From Felis catus (Eukaryota): a DNA stretch of 64,000 nt. The stretch spans positions 215,266,001 through 215,330,000 of the forward strand of contig NC_058368.1 of assembly GCF_018350175.1 (NCBI RefSeq), given 5' to 3'. Both the position numbers and the translations under genes were made by a program. The notes below the pieces were generated by a model. The model made no database searches, was not told the origin of the DNA, and saw nothing but the letters and a program-made list of their open reading frames with translations. This document shows, piece by piece, positions 1 through 11,884 of the stretch (its first letter is position 1; the number at the start of each line of letters is the position of its first letter).

Positions 1-119
1 AGGTATTGTGATAATGTGGATTTATTGGAAAAGGGACTAACACAGAAGGCTTCCAAGATCCAAGGATTCAGTTCGGGAAACTGGAAGTATGATAGAGAAA
101 TTTCCAAGACAGCGACCAC

Positions 120-420
120 TGGGGAACATTTGTCAAGCATGTACGTTGTGTGTGTTGGGTAACGCTAATAGACAAGAAAGTCACAGGCCCTCCATTCACA
201 GTATTAAAAACAAAACAAACATAGAATGAGAAACAATTGTGTTATGGATTTTATTACAATACAGGGAACCAAGACACCATTTTTGCTAGGAGTCAGGAAA
301 GGCCTGCCTACAGAGTGATATTTCAGCAAAAGCCTAAAAAAATTAGAGGTAGCCTTGTGAAATGTTCAGGAATACTTGTTCTAGGCAGACGGGATGCTGA
401 AGAGAAATTACAGCATGAAA
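120..420 (-). mobile_element. L2 LINE 3' fragment, old
   Basis: Degenerate antisense L2 3'-end motifs (catttgtcaagcatgtac...; gagtgatatttcagcaaaagcct). Recalled consensus, approximate bounds. Confidence 0.45.
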
Positions 421-977
421 CTGAAAGAAGTTGATAATCTTAAATATCAGAGAGGGAGAATAAAAGCCAAAGAAATGTGATAAAAGGAAATGACATAAAA
501 TGTGGATAAAGATTTTAGGTGAAATTTACTGCAAAATTGTTTAAAGGAGGATATATTTGGAAACAAAGTGAATATTCATGAATCAAAAATGTATAAATAC
601 ATGGCCTTACATCCTGTGGATGCATATTGTGGATATAGTTAATAGATTAGACATTGTACAGCCATAAAGCATAAAATTGTATATGCAATACAAAAAATGT
701 TTATGCTTTCACATCAATATAAAATATTATGATTGCAATTAGCAAATCTCTATGGATGATTATAGCCTTTTTTATTATAATTTTATGTATTTTAGAAATT
801 TCCATAATAAATCTATACTATTTTACTAGTAGTTGAAGCAAATAAAAAGAGAAGGCTTGAAAGTTTCTCGTGGGTTTTAGAAGACTTTCCAATATAACAA
901 AAATGGAAATAGCTTTATTTGTTTAAGAAGTAGCTCTAAGAAAAAAAAAACAGGAAAGAAGAAATGACTTTATTTAC

Positions 978-1408
978 TGTTGTGGGTTGAATTGTATCTC
1001 CTAAAGAGATATGTTGAAGTCCTAACCCCCCAGATCCCCCAAATATGACCTTATTTGAAAATTGGGTTTTGCAATGTAATTACTTAAAAGTAGGGCAGTG
1101 GAGTGAGACCTTACTCCATTATGACTGGTGTTCTTGTGAGAAGACAGACTTTCCCAGAGGGAAGACAGTGTAAACATATGGGAGTATACTTAACAGGGAG
1201 AGAGATTGGAGTAATGCAGCTGTAAGCTAAGAGATGGCAAGAGATGATTTTCATCTCCAGAAGCTAAGTAGGAAAAAAAATATCCAAAGTCCAGAGGAAG
1301 CGTGATTCTGGTGATACCTTGATTTTGGATGTCTTGTGTCAAGCACAGTGAGAAATAAATTTCTGTTGTTTTAAGCCATATCCTGTTATGGCCTTAAGAA
1401 ATTAATTA
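978..1408 (+). mobile_element. MaLR solo LTR, MLT1B/C-like
   Basis: Starts tgttgtgggttgaattgtatctcc...atgttgaagtcctaacccc; has gaccttatttgaaaat and the 3' end aataaatttctgttgttttaagcca. Confidence 0.85.
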
Positions 1409-2825
1409 GCTCAGATGAAATAATTTGTTAACCAACAAAACCACCTAAATCAAGAGCCACTCCTCTCACTTAAAAGGACCACTGAATTCATGTCCAGATT
1501 TTAATTGCACCAGAAAGCAAAGGTATGATTTCGGATGTATGTATATGAGCCTATGTATGTTTTTGTGTCTTTGTGTGTCTATGTGTGTCTGTGGATATCC
1601 AGGAGAAGCACTGTTTAGAAACAGAGAGATGTGTCTTTTTCTGTTTTTCTGTTTGGATTCCGTTAAAGTTTCCTATAGCTTGTGTTTATGTGAAAAGGGT
1701 AGACTAGCACATTTCAGATATTTTTAAATCAAACTGACAATGCTGGTGTGAGGACCACACTCTACGTATCTGATTTATAGTCTCCAAAAGCCCAGCTTTA
1801 CGGTGCTTTGAAACATGGATTGGTTTCAAGATTTACTGATCAAAACATAAAGAAATGCAATCATATTCAAGATGAGAACTGTCTCTGTGACAAATCAAAT
1901 AGTCCCTATTTTATAGGCATTCAAAGACTTCCCACAAACTCAGATTATTTTCCTTACAAGTTTGAAGATAACTTAGCCAAGGAAAATGAATGCTTCCAAG
2001 CTTCAGTGCTTTACCACAATTAACTTTTTGCTGACAGTAGTGTGCTCACTTTCTTTCCTCTTTAATAAACACCAAGTGGAGCAAACAGAATTACTTTCCT
2101 AAACCTCTTTGGTGAAATGATGATAATGGATCCAATTCCTTGATCAGACTACTGTAATAAAGTACAGCTAATTTTTTATTTTACCATGTATAGTCCTTTT
2201 CCCTCCCTCCCTCTCCTTGTTTCTAGTCTCTTCTCTTCTCTTCCCTTCCTCCTTGCTCTCCTTCCGCTTCTCTCTCTCTTTTCCCTTCCCTCTCTTCTTC
2301 CCCTTCTCTCTCTCCCTCAATGTAAGTCTTCTTTTCTTCTCACTCCTATTCTGCCTACTGTCACCTTATCCTCTTAGTAACATTTTAATGTGTGATACCA
2401 TTTTGGTCCTCAAAATATTGTGCTAGTCTGTACAACTAAATGAGCAAAGTTCTGCAAGCATCTTTTTTACTATCATAGAAATATATTCATTAACCTAATC
2501 CCAGTTAAATTATGGATATGCATAGTGATTTAATACATTTCAAGATTTCTTAATGAAATGGTTTTATTGCTCTAAAATGTAAACATTATGCATTAGAAAT
2601 GCGTTTGGAAAGCCCCGTGAGCAGTAGAATTTATACGTTTTTGTTACTTCCTAAAAATGAATGTGTCTGCTTTTTATACTGACAACTCGCTGAGAAACAC
2701 AATTACTTTTTTAAACAACTGGATGTCATAGATTTACAGCCTAGTGAAATCATTTCTAGATTTAAAAATATGTCTATACTAATGTTATGCTTAGGAGGAT
2801 ATACTGAGTTTTCTTTCTCTCTTAA

Positions 2826-2985
2826 AATTATTTTATTTTATTTAAATTCCAGTGTAGTTAATATTCAGTGTTATCTTAGTTGCAGATATGCAATTTAGTG
2901 ATTCAACAGTTCCATATATTACTCCGTGCTCATCAAGATAAGTGTAGTCTTCACCTATTTCACTCATCCTCCCCGCCCCGCCCCA
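2826..2985 (-). mobile_element. Carnivore-type L1 3' end, heavily 5'-truncated
   Basis: T-rich tail, then aattccagtgtagttaatattcagtgttatcttagtt...gattcaacagttccata. Same family motif as 37075-37510. Confidence 0.75.
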
Positions 2986-3614
2986 TATATCAGCAACAGA
3001 AACTCCTCTTGCTTTTTTGGATTTCAGTGACCCCAGCAAACAACTAGGCAGAACAGTACAAGATTGCATGTGAGATATCTCCAAGGTACAAACAAAAATA
3101 CCAAACTCCTCATGATTTATCAGAGGTGGCTATGACCATCATAAAAAACAGTTCCGGAAGAGAAAGGGGCTTGTTTTGGTGAGGAAGTGCGTCAAGCAGT
3201 GTGATTGCTAACAAAGGGGTAACAAACATGCATATTTTTGTAATTTTCCTGAATCTTAGGATCCAAAGACACACCCAGAAGTGCTGGGGTATAGAAGAGA
3301 GGGCACAAAAGATGGCAGAGGGACACAGCAAGTAGATAGAGGGCAAATATCACCATTTTCACCACCATTGCCACTACGGAGATTATGAAGTTCCCACAGT
3401 GAAATACAACAGGCTTTATAGAGCCCTAGGGTTCCCTTCTCATGGGTCACTGGTACACACAGGGAGGGTTACAGGTAGGAACCTGCTGGCCGTGCCAAGA
3501 AGGTTTCTTGTTGAGGACTTCCGTCTCTGCAGTCGGTGGTTGCTAAATATGTAACAAAATTTATAGGATGCATGTGGGGAAAGTTAAGGAATGAAGAGCC
3601 TGAGAATGAGATTT

Positions 3615-3883
3615 AAAATTTTCCCTGTCACTTTGAAGTTGGTTGTGACCATGTGACTACTCTGGCTAATAAAATGGAATTGCAAATGATCTGTGTTTAA
3701 AGCCAAATCATGGCACCACTGATGCTTGGCTATCAAGCCCTCTCTTGTCCCACCATAGTGATTGAAGACACTTTGATATCCAGATGATGCAGTTATATGA
3801 TTGTGGAGCCTTAATCATCATGAGTCCTAAATCACTATGAAGACCTGATACTCTTTCCCAACTTGCACTGAATATGTAGATTG

Positions 3884-3926
<43 letters not shown>

Positions 3927-3950
3927 CTTAACTTACCATGATTAATATAA
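3615..3950 (+). mobile_element. Old MaLR LTR fragment (MLT1I/J-like) containing (TG)n at 3887-3921
   Basis: ttgaagttggttgtgaccatgtgactactctggctaataaaatg motif typical of old MLT1 LTRs. Confidence 0.6.
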
Positions 3951-4014
3951 TACCCAAGTTCTGAAATAAATGGGGAATATGGAAAAAATGAGATGGAGGT
4001 CAAAAGATTAAATG

Positions 4015-4227
4015 GGGGACGCCTGGTTGGCTCAGTCGGTTGGGCGTCTGACTTCAGGTCAGGTCATGATCTCATGGTTCATGGGTTCAGGCCCCACATT
4101 GGGCTCTGTACTGACAGCTCAGAGTCTCAAGCCTGCTTCAGATTCTGTGACTCCCTCTCTCTCTGCCCCTCTCTTGCTCATGCTTTGTCTCACTGTCTCT
4201 CAAAAATAAACATTAAAAAATTAATAA
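4015..4227 (+). mobile_element. CanSINE (SINEC)
   Basis: tRNA-derived head ggggacgcctggttggctcagtcgg, CT tract, A tail; TSD aaaagattaaatg at 4002-4014 and 4228-4240. Confidence 0.97.
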
Positions 4228-4653
4228 AAAAGATTAAATGTATGGTTGATACAGGTTAAATTATAGAACAAAAAATGTGATAATAGATCTTCTAAACTCA
4301 ACTTACAAGCTAGGTAGATTAGCCACCATAGACAATGCTGTCCCTAATAAGTTCTCCCTATCAGATGAGCATTCATGGGGAAAGGCAGCCCACAGTATCC
4401 CAAGGGTTTTCTTCCACTATCAAAATTGTTCCCTTGGGTTGGTTTTGGAATCCCTGGTGGGAAATAAAGATTTAGTCCCCAGAAGGCTCTGAAATATATT
4501 GAACAGCACATTAATTTTATTACCTCCAAAACCACTCTAAGTCTGAGAATTAACTCTTTATTCAATTTCCCTTTCTTAATTATATCCCAAATAACATTCA
4601 AGGAGATGGATGAAATACTCCAATGGATAGATACTCAATAATAATGTACCACT

Positions 4654-4889
4654 GGGGCGCCTGGGTGGCGCAGTCGGTTAAGCGTCCGACTTCAGCCAGG
4701 TCACGATCTCGCAGTCCGTGAGTTCGAGCCCCACGTCAGGCTCTGGGCTGATGGCTCAGAGCCTGGAGCCTGTTTCTGATTCTGTGTCTCCCTCTCTCTC
4801 TGCCCCTCCCCCGTTCATGCTCTGTCTCTCTCTGTCCCAAAAATAAATAAACGTTGAAAAAAAAAATTAAAAAAAAATAAAATAAAAAA
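4654..4889 (+). mobile_element. Young felid SINE (SINEC_Fc-type)
   Basis: CpG-rich head ggggcgcctgggtggcgcagtcggttaagcgtccgact; long A tail; perfect TSD aataataatgtaccact at 4637-4653 and 4890-4906. Confidence 0.98.
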
Positions 4890-5303
4890 AATAATAATGT
4901 ACCACTGACAATGTTTTAAATATTAAACACCTTTTATTTTTAAATTTTCAGGGTAATTAAAATTTGAAGATTAAATATCCTTGTGAACTTATGTCCAGAT
5001 ACATTAAAATCCAAAGGAATTAATACGTGAAATATTAGTTTTCTTGCCAAAGTGACTTTATGGATCCAATGACCAAAACTTCTTAAGTTAAAGATGAGGG
5101 ACCATGTTACCTTCTTCATTTATTCCATTTTTCTTAATTTGCTGATTCTCAAACTAAAAAATTTTCAAAATCTGGTAGGAGTTGAAGTTATCTCAGGAGA
5201 TTCAGCCCAGTTCTTACAGGAATGGGAATAGTTAACTTCAGAGAATTAATTCAACAAGTATCTGAAGTCTTCCTTTTTGAAAGAGTCCGGCAGTTAATAC
5301 ATT

Positions 5304-5580
5304 TATATTAGTTCTTTTGTTTCATAACAGATCACCCCAAACCTAGAAGCTTAAAACAACAATCATTTATTTAGTTCACCATTTCATGTGTTGCCAATTT
5401 GTTTTGGAATCAGCTTGATGGTTCTTCTAGGCTTGCTTGAGTTACCATGGCTGGGTTATCTCATTGGACAAAGCAGGCGACAAGCCTAAAGCCAGTCAAT
5501 ACAGGAAAGAAAATAGACTTCACTGCTTGATATTAGTTGCTGAAACATTTTGTATCTGTTTTGGAATCTACTACAAACAC
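5304..5580 (-). mobile_element. Old MaLR LTR fragment (MLT1H/K-like)
   Basis: ataacagatcaccccaaacctagaagcttaaaacaacaatcatttatttagttcac, the antisense MLT1 3'-end pattern. Confidence 0.6.
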
Positions 5581-5784
5581 AGAAGATTGTCAAAGCGCAA
5601 TCACCAAATGTAGAAAATATGCTTATCTGTGGCCTTTCAATTAGTTTCCCAGATTTTGTATCCCAGACAATTTGAGTTGCCAAAAAATAGAGCAAAAGTG
5701 TATTTGGATAAGAATGTAGTTAGGGAGAGGAAAAAGTCATTATGCTTTTAAACTCACCACAATGCCAGTTATTTTATACCATCA

Positions 5785-6000
5785 GTTGAGACCTATCCAA
5801 TGTGGTAGTTACTAGCCATATGTGGCTATTTACATTTGAATTTAAATTACAAAAATTAAGCTAGATTAAACATTTAGTTCCTCAGTTACATCAGCCACAT
5901 TTCTAGTGTTTAGTAGCTATACCAGGCTAGTGGCTATCATATTGGGCTGTGCAAAATAGAATAATTCCATTATTGCAGAAAGTCCCATTGGAGAGAGCTG
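5785..6000. mobile_element. hAT-Charlie MITE, MER3-like
   Basis: tccaatgtggtagttactagccatatgtggcta...ggctagtggctatcatattgg...gcagaaagtcccattggagagagctg, with the internal inverted repeats typical of MER3. Confidence 0.85.
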
Positions 6001-6339
6001 ATCCAGACATTGTGACCTGTGAACATATATAACCAAATGATAACAATACTTTTCAGTTCAAGGGATTTCCTCAATACTGCAGTCATTTGTGTGTTGTCTC
6101 GTTTATTTGTTTGTTTTCCTTGGAGGAACCACAATCCATTCAGAAATTATAAAAAAAGGGTGTTCTACAAATTAAAAATTTCTGCCCTCTCTGGAAAGTG
6201 ACTCCTAAGACATGTGGCCACAATCATCAGCCTGAATTAGTCCCATGGCCAATGTTTCCCTTCAAGGAGATCATAAGTACACTGCTATTATGTGCCTAGA
6301 GGAAAAGCAGAAAAAATTGAAAGTAATGTACAATATCTC

Positions 6340-6630
6340 ATAAAGTTTTACACATTTCTTATTAAGTTTATTCACAAGTAATTAAACTTTTCTTGATATT
6401 GAATATATGATCTTTTATTATATACCAATTAAGATTGGTTATTTTTACTTAGGTAAACTTTTGATGTTTTTATGTTAATTTCATACTGTGCTATTGTTTT
6501 TCATACTTTTTTCTATTGATTTACTAGGTTTTCTAGGTATACAATACCATTACTTGCAAAGAAAGGTAGCTTTATTTCATTTCCAATTTTTACCTCAAAT
6601 TGCATTCTCTTGTTAATTATTCCCTCCAAT
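6340..6630 (-). mobile_element. Old L1M ORF2-region fragment
   Basis: Antisense L1 motifs (ttttctaggtatacaataccattacttgcaaagaaaggtagctttatttcatttccaat). Confidence 0.65.
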
Positions 6631-6631
6631 A

Positions 6632-7608
6632 CTATTATAGCCTCAATTAGGAGTATACCTATAATAAAGCAGCCATGGAAAATGATCCCAGTGGCAAAAC
6701 ATAAAGTAATACAATCATTTGTCTACATTCTCTTGAATGAAATATGACCAGAAGTTTGGATCTACTTCAATTCATAGACAGCAGCCAACAATTTTGCTGG
6801 ATGACCAAGGGCACAAAGGAACAAGACTGGAACATATATGACAAAAACTCTGGGGAAGAATTTTGTGTATGGACTTCTCAAAATGAGCAAACACGATGGC
6901 AGTGTTGATTTCCTGTGTCAATGCTCATCCACTTCAGAGGAGTATCAGGTAGTGAATATGACTTTATCTGTGGCTATCTATCAGCCTTCTTCCTTAGCTA
7001 CTCTGTACTTGTTCAAGGGGCCTAAATATCACACAGACATGGGATAGAGTTAGAAGCTATGTTTAAGAATCTGAATTATCCCTATGACTGTTCACCAACA
7101 CTGATAAGGTACTCTCTTCCGATAGCAGAAATCAGTGCTGAGTCCCTTACATTAGTGTCTTGGGAGAAAGTCATCCATCTTTTGTCAGATTGATTAAACT
7201 GGAATCCTTCAGGTATGGAGAGACGGTTTATCTTCACTGGAACAGACAGGTATTCAAGGGATGGATTTGGGTTTCCTCTCCAAAGTGTAGGTGGCAACAT
7301 GACCATCTGCAGACTTAAAGAATTCCTTGTTCACTGTATTACTATCCAACACAACATTGTCTTTGAAAAAGGAATGCATTTCACATGAAAAGAAAGTTAA
7401 CATTGCACTTATGTTTATAGACTCAACTTTCTTGATGGAACAATGTGATCACCTACAGAATATTTATTTGTAGTATACAGAAACAACAGAGATATATTGG
7501 AGTCGTATCCTACAGAGGCTAATGTTTTGAATCTACAGTAAATATGTGTTGTTCTTTCCCTCATAGTCAGAATATACAGGTCTGGAAATCCAGGGATAAG
7601 AGTGACTC
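6632..7608 (+). mobile_element. ERVL pol remnant (RNase H and integrase), non-coding
   Basis: The + strand gives RFIFTGTDRYSRDGFGFP...CRLKEFLVHCITIQHNIVFEKGMHFT*KE, resembling ERVL integrase (RFVLTGIDTYSGYGF...GLTECLIHRHGIPHSIASDQGTHFTAKEV). Upstream DNA resembles the ERVL RNase H region. Many stops and frameshifts. Confidence 0.85.
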
Positions 7609-7609
7609 T

Positions 7610-7800
7610 TTTGCATTTTATTTATTTCTATTAACTTTATTGAAGTATAGATTCTATTCAGTAAACTGTGTCCTTTTATATTATATGATTTGACGAGTTT
7701 CAATAGATACGTAAACTCATATATTCACAGCCACAATCAAGACAGAAATTTTGCATGAGCTCTAAAAGGTTCTTTTTACCTTTGCAGCCATGACTCAATC
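7610..7800 (-). mobile_element. L1MB-like 3' end fragment
   Basis: aactttattgaagtatagatt...cagccacaatcaagacagaaatttt...ctctaaaaggttc, an antisense L1 3' terminus. Confidence 0.7.
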
Positions 7801-7809
7801 CATTCCTGG

Positions 7810-8212
7810 CATTTAGGGTCAGGTCTAGAAGATGTGAGGTCTTTAATGCAGAGCTTGAGCTGGGAATTTGAAGCCCTAACCTCATTTTTCCTTCATTTAC
7901 TTTCTCCAGAGCAGTTAGGAGGAACCAGTCAATCTAAAATATTCTAAGATAGCAAATACATGGTGACCCTGAGCCTTGCCTTCTACAGATATTTGATTAG
8001 GAAAATCCAATGGTGACATTTTGCATATCTCTATTGTCACATCACACCATGGCTTACCTTCCGATACCAGTGCTGCCTTTGCTACAAGAAATAGAGTCAT
8101 TAATGCCTACAAATATGAGTAGATTAGAGAACCCATTCCAGAAAACTCAGAACTAATTCAGGAAACTCATTCTTAAGATTCTGTTGCTTAAAAAACCCTT
8201 CCAGTACCAAAA
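7810..8212 (-). mobile_element. ERVL internal 5' leader/gag start
   Basis: Reverse complement reads tggtactggaag...acagaatcttaagaatgagtttcctgaattagttctgagttttctggaatgggttctctaatct...aattcccagctcaagctctgcattaaagacct, matching the ERVL-int 5' region. Directly abuts the LTR. Confidence 0.8.
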
Positions 8213-8830
8213 TTTGAATCAGTCAGGTTTTATTTACGATAGAAACACAATAGTGCCAGAAATATACTAAGACATTTACCACAAGGAATAGATTTACATG
8301 ACTGCTGGCTATGCAGGTCAAAAACTGTGGGCCAGCCTGTCAGGAAGGGCAGGCTGAAACATGGGCACAGGTTAAGGCTGTTACTCACAGGTAGAATTTC
8401 CTCAAGAAAGTCTCAACTCTGCTCTTCAGGCATTTCAAAGGATTATATTAGGGCATGCAGAATATATAAAGTCAACTGATTGTGGACTTTGATCACTTCA
8501 ACAAAATACTTTCACAGTTGGGGCACCTGGGTGACTCAGTCGGTTAAGCATCTGACTTTGGCTCAGGTCATGATCTCATGGTTCATGGGTTCAAGCCCCA
8601 TGTTGGGCTCTGTGCTGACAGCTCAGAGCCTGGAGCCTGCTTTGGATTCTGTGTCTCCCCCCCTCTCTCTGCCCCTCTCCTGCTCGTGCTCTGTCTCTGT
8701 CTCTCAAAAATAAGTAAATGTTAAAAAATAATAAAAAAAATACTTTCACAGCAACACCTGTTCTGGTGTTTGATTGAATAACTGGGGGGACTGTAAACTT
8801 TTATAGTTGACACATAAAAAAAAAACACAT
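8213..8830 (-). mobile_element. MLT2-type ERVL 5' LTR interrupted by a SINE
   Basis: Antisense termini tgaatcagtcaggttt... and ...gttgacacataaaa; core aagtcaactgattgtggact and gtgtttgattgaataactggg. Confidence 0.8.
8520..8736 (+). mobile_element. CanSINE nested in MLT2
   Basis: Canonical head and tail; TSD aaaatactttcacag at 8503-8517 and 8737-8751. Confidence 0.97.
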
Positions 8831-8928
8831 CTATACTATCCACGAAATATATGTTTTTCATTCTTTTGTTTATGTTTTCTACACTATTGAATTTTTGCCT
8901 TGATCTATCTTTAGTTGAAGAAAATATT

Positions 8929-9450
8929 TAATTAGTTAACTATCAACATGTAATTGTACCATAAATTTGCTGGCTTAAAATAACACATATTCATTTTATC
9001 ACAGTTTTTGTGGGTCAGGGATCCAGCTACTGCTTAACTGGGCCCTCTGCTTCATTGTGTAACATGAGTCTACAACGAAAGTGTCATTAATGTCTGGGGT
9101 CTCAAATATAAGCTCAGCAGAATAAGAACTTACCTCCAAGATCATTTATATAGTTGTTTTTTTTTTTTTTTTGGCAGTTTTCAGTTCCTTTTAGGTTCTT
9201 GGACTGTAGACATCAGCTGTCATGTGGACTTCCCTAACATGGCAACGGTTTCATGGAAGTCAGTAAGGGAAAGTTTATACTACAAGACAGAAGTCAGACT
9301 CTTGTAAACTGATCATGAAAGTGACATTCCCCTAAGTATTGAAATATTCTATTGATTAGAAGAAAATGATTTAAGGAAAGAGAATCATACAAGGCTATGA
9401 TATGAGGATGCGGGCATTACTGGTGGTCATTTTAGACATTACCTACCATA
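8929..9450 (-). mobile_element. MaLR solo LTR, MLT1E/F-like
   Basis: gctggcttaaaataacacat...atcacagtttttgtgggtcaggga...ggtcattttagacattacctaccata. Confidence 0.75.
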
Positions 9451-11884
9451 ATTATAGAATTATTTCTTATTATTTATGTTATGTCCGTCTCATTCATCTT
9501 ACATTGCCTGTAGTTCGTTTTATGAAACTCTTTTCTTACATAATTTTGTATTTTCTTAAATCTCTGTGTGTATAACACCAACAGTCCCTTTCTCCTTATA
9601 TCTCAGAAAAAATAAAAGCTATCTTCTCCTGAACAGAATTTTCTCTGTGGTAAGTAATTATTGAAACACACAGGTTAACCTGAAATATTTAGTCACTCTG
9701 GAAATTTTTTAAAAAAAGCAAAACTTAATTTTTCCACAATTTGAAGGTACACCTGGCTAACCAATTACACTCAGAACTTTATATCCACTCAGCCACATGA
9801 CACTTGTCTTTCAATTAAAAAAAATAAAGTCTTTTACACATTTTTCTAATGATGGATATTTTATTTCTCAATTAAATATTTTTATTGTTTTATTCAAGAG
9901 TCTCTCGTATATCTGAACCTCCTGCTATGTACATCATTAAAAATATTATTGGACTGCACAAATCACAGAGTGTAGGACTGATAATGCCCAGAATGGTATG
10001 GGGGAGATTTAAAAACATAAATATTCAGCTTTCAATTTTAGCAGGTGCCTCCATTACTACATTATTTTAAGGAAGAAAAACCATACAGCTTGTTAAAAAA
10101 CTTTATTGTGATCATTGTTACTTCCTCCCACATCTAAAGTCCTTGTTATCTTTATATTTTCCATCTTTTATAGTTCCTGTATTTCTGAACACTTCTACAC
10201 TAAAATTTGGTGCAGTAATATTTAAAACATTTCAGTTACAGTCCCGACCTACCTTACATTTAAAACCTTGACATCTTTTCCTGGAAAGTTGCTAGCTACT
10301 AGCCTACTGGGAATGCTAAGCCCACGCTTAGCCCATGGAAACTGAACCATCCACCATTTCCAACACCATTTCCCCATGTGTGTCTTCTGCAAATATATCG
10401 ATCCATAGTTTCAATGTCTTTGTTTTTCACTGGTTGATAATTGAGTTCATCCCATCCATTGGAGTTTATGGTTGTCACCTCAGATTGTGCCTTCTTTCTA
10501 TTACAAACTCAAAGGTTTATGCTATGAATGAAATTGTTTCCTACCCACCCCCAACTTCAAAGATTGTAGCCTTGACCCCCACGGTGGCAATGTGTGTTTG
10601 GAGATAGAACTTTCAGGATACCACTCTGCATGATAAATAAAGTATGAAGTGATTTACATAAAGCCAAAAATAAGAAAGACAAAGAATACAATCCCATACA
10701 CAGATGGATATACAGAACAGGAAATGCAACATAGTTCTATCAGAGGACTCTGTATCAGACACCCAGGCCTTCAGTCTGCCAGCTTGCAATAATGTCATCT
10801 GCCTGGAGTGGTGATTTCATCAAGCACTCTAATAAGCTCACTTAGCTTTTCTCACAAAGTTTTCAGGCAACTTTTGGCCTCTTCTAGCACTTCTGAAAAC
10901 TGTAGATATGTGCCTATCAGCCCAGCAGGCACAAGCAACCAGTAACAATCTCAGAAAATTCTATGTACTTAGTAGTACGTGGTTGATATCACAAGAATAT
11001 CTTCTCTTTATCAAGTGCTTATCAGGCCTAAAGTCTATCCTTCCAGGAAATTACACACACTCTCATTTTACAGTGAATAACATTAGCATACCTGTATTTA
11101 GGGAGCCATTAAATATAAAAAAAAAACAATATATGTGGCTTAATCTGATTCTCCTGATAGATTTTTTTAATATATTTTAAATCTCAGTAAATTGCTTTTT
11201 AATAATTCACAGAGATATGTGAAACTAGATTTTAGTGTTCCCTATTTTTGTTTCTATTTAAAAACTTAAGAAAAAAAACACTATGGCTGATTTGGGAACT
11301 ATTTTCAGTTCCTCTTCCTTAAATCTTCTTAAAACACTAATACAAACTCACACCTTGTCACCAATTTCACATGAAACATTTAAAAGTATTAATTATTCCA
11401 AGGAACACAAAGTAAGATCTATATATAAGGCAACCAATTTCTTCTTGTATATTTTCATTTGTCCTGTGTGTACTCACTGAGTTATTTATACCTAATCTTC
11501 ATGTTAAAATTAAAGGATGTTTCTAATGTAGAAACACTACATTAGAATATCTACACTAATTATATCATGACCCTTAGATAATGTAATTATAATAGCTAAG
11601 TTTTTTAAAGTTATTCCAATATTATGAGACACTAAATGGAAGTTAACTCATAGATTATTAAAAAATATAGAACTACATACCCACTAAATATTCAATAAAA
11701 GAGCAAAAAAAGAGGTTATATACTTTGTCTAATATATAATGCAATACAAGTGGACTTTTTAAAAACTTCTGTCAATGTCAACATAGATAGTAATTTTTTA
11801 CACACAAAGGTGTAATATTTAGTGTAATAGGATTCATCTGCTTAATTTTTAAAAGATGAATTATTATTATCATTATTATTTATT

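Noticed and set aside
6632..7608. Domesticated or intact retroviral integrase gene
   Set aside because: Multiple stops and frameshifts, and the catalytic-region SDQG motif reads FEKG.
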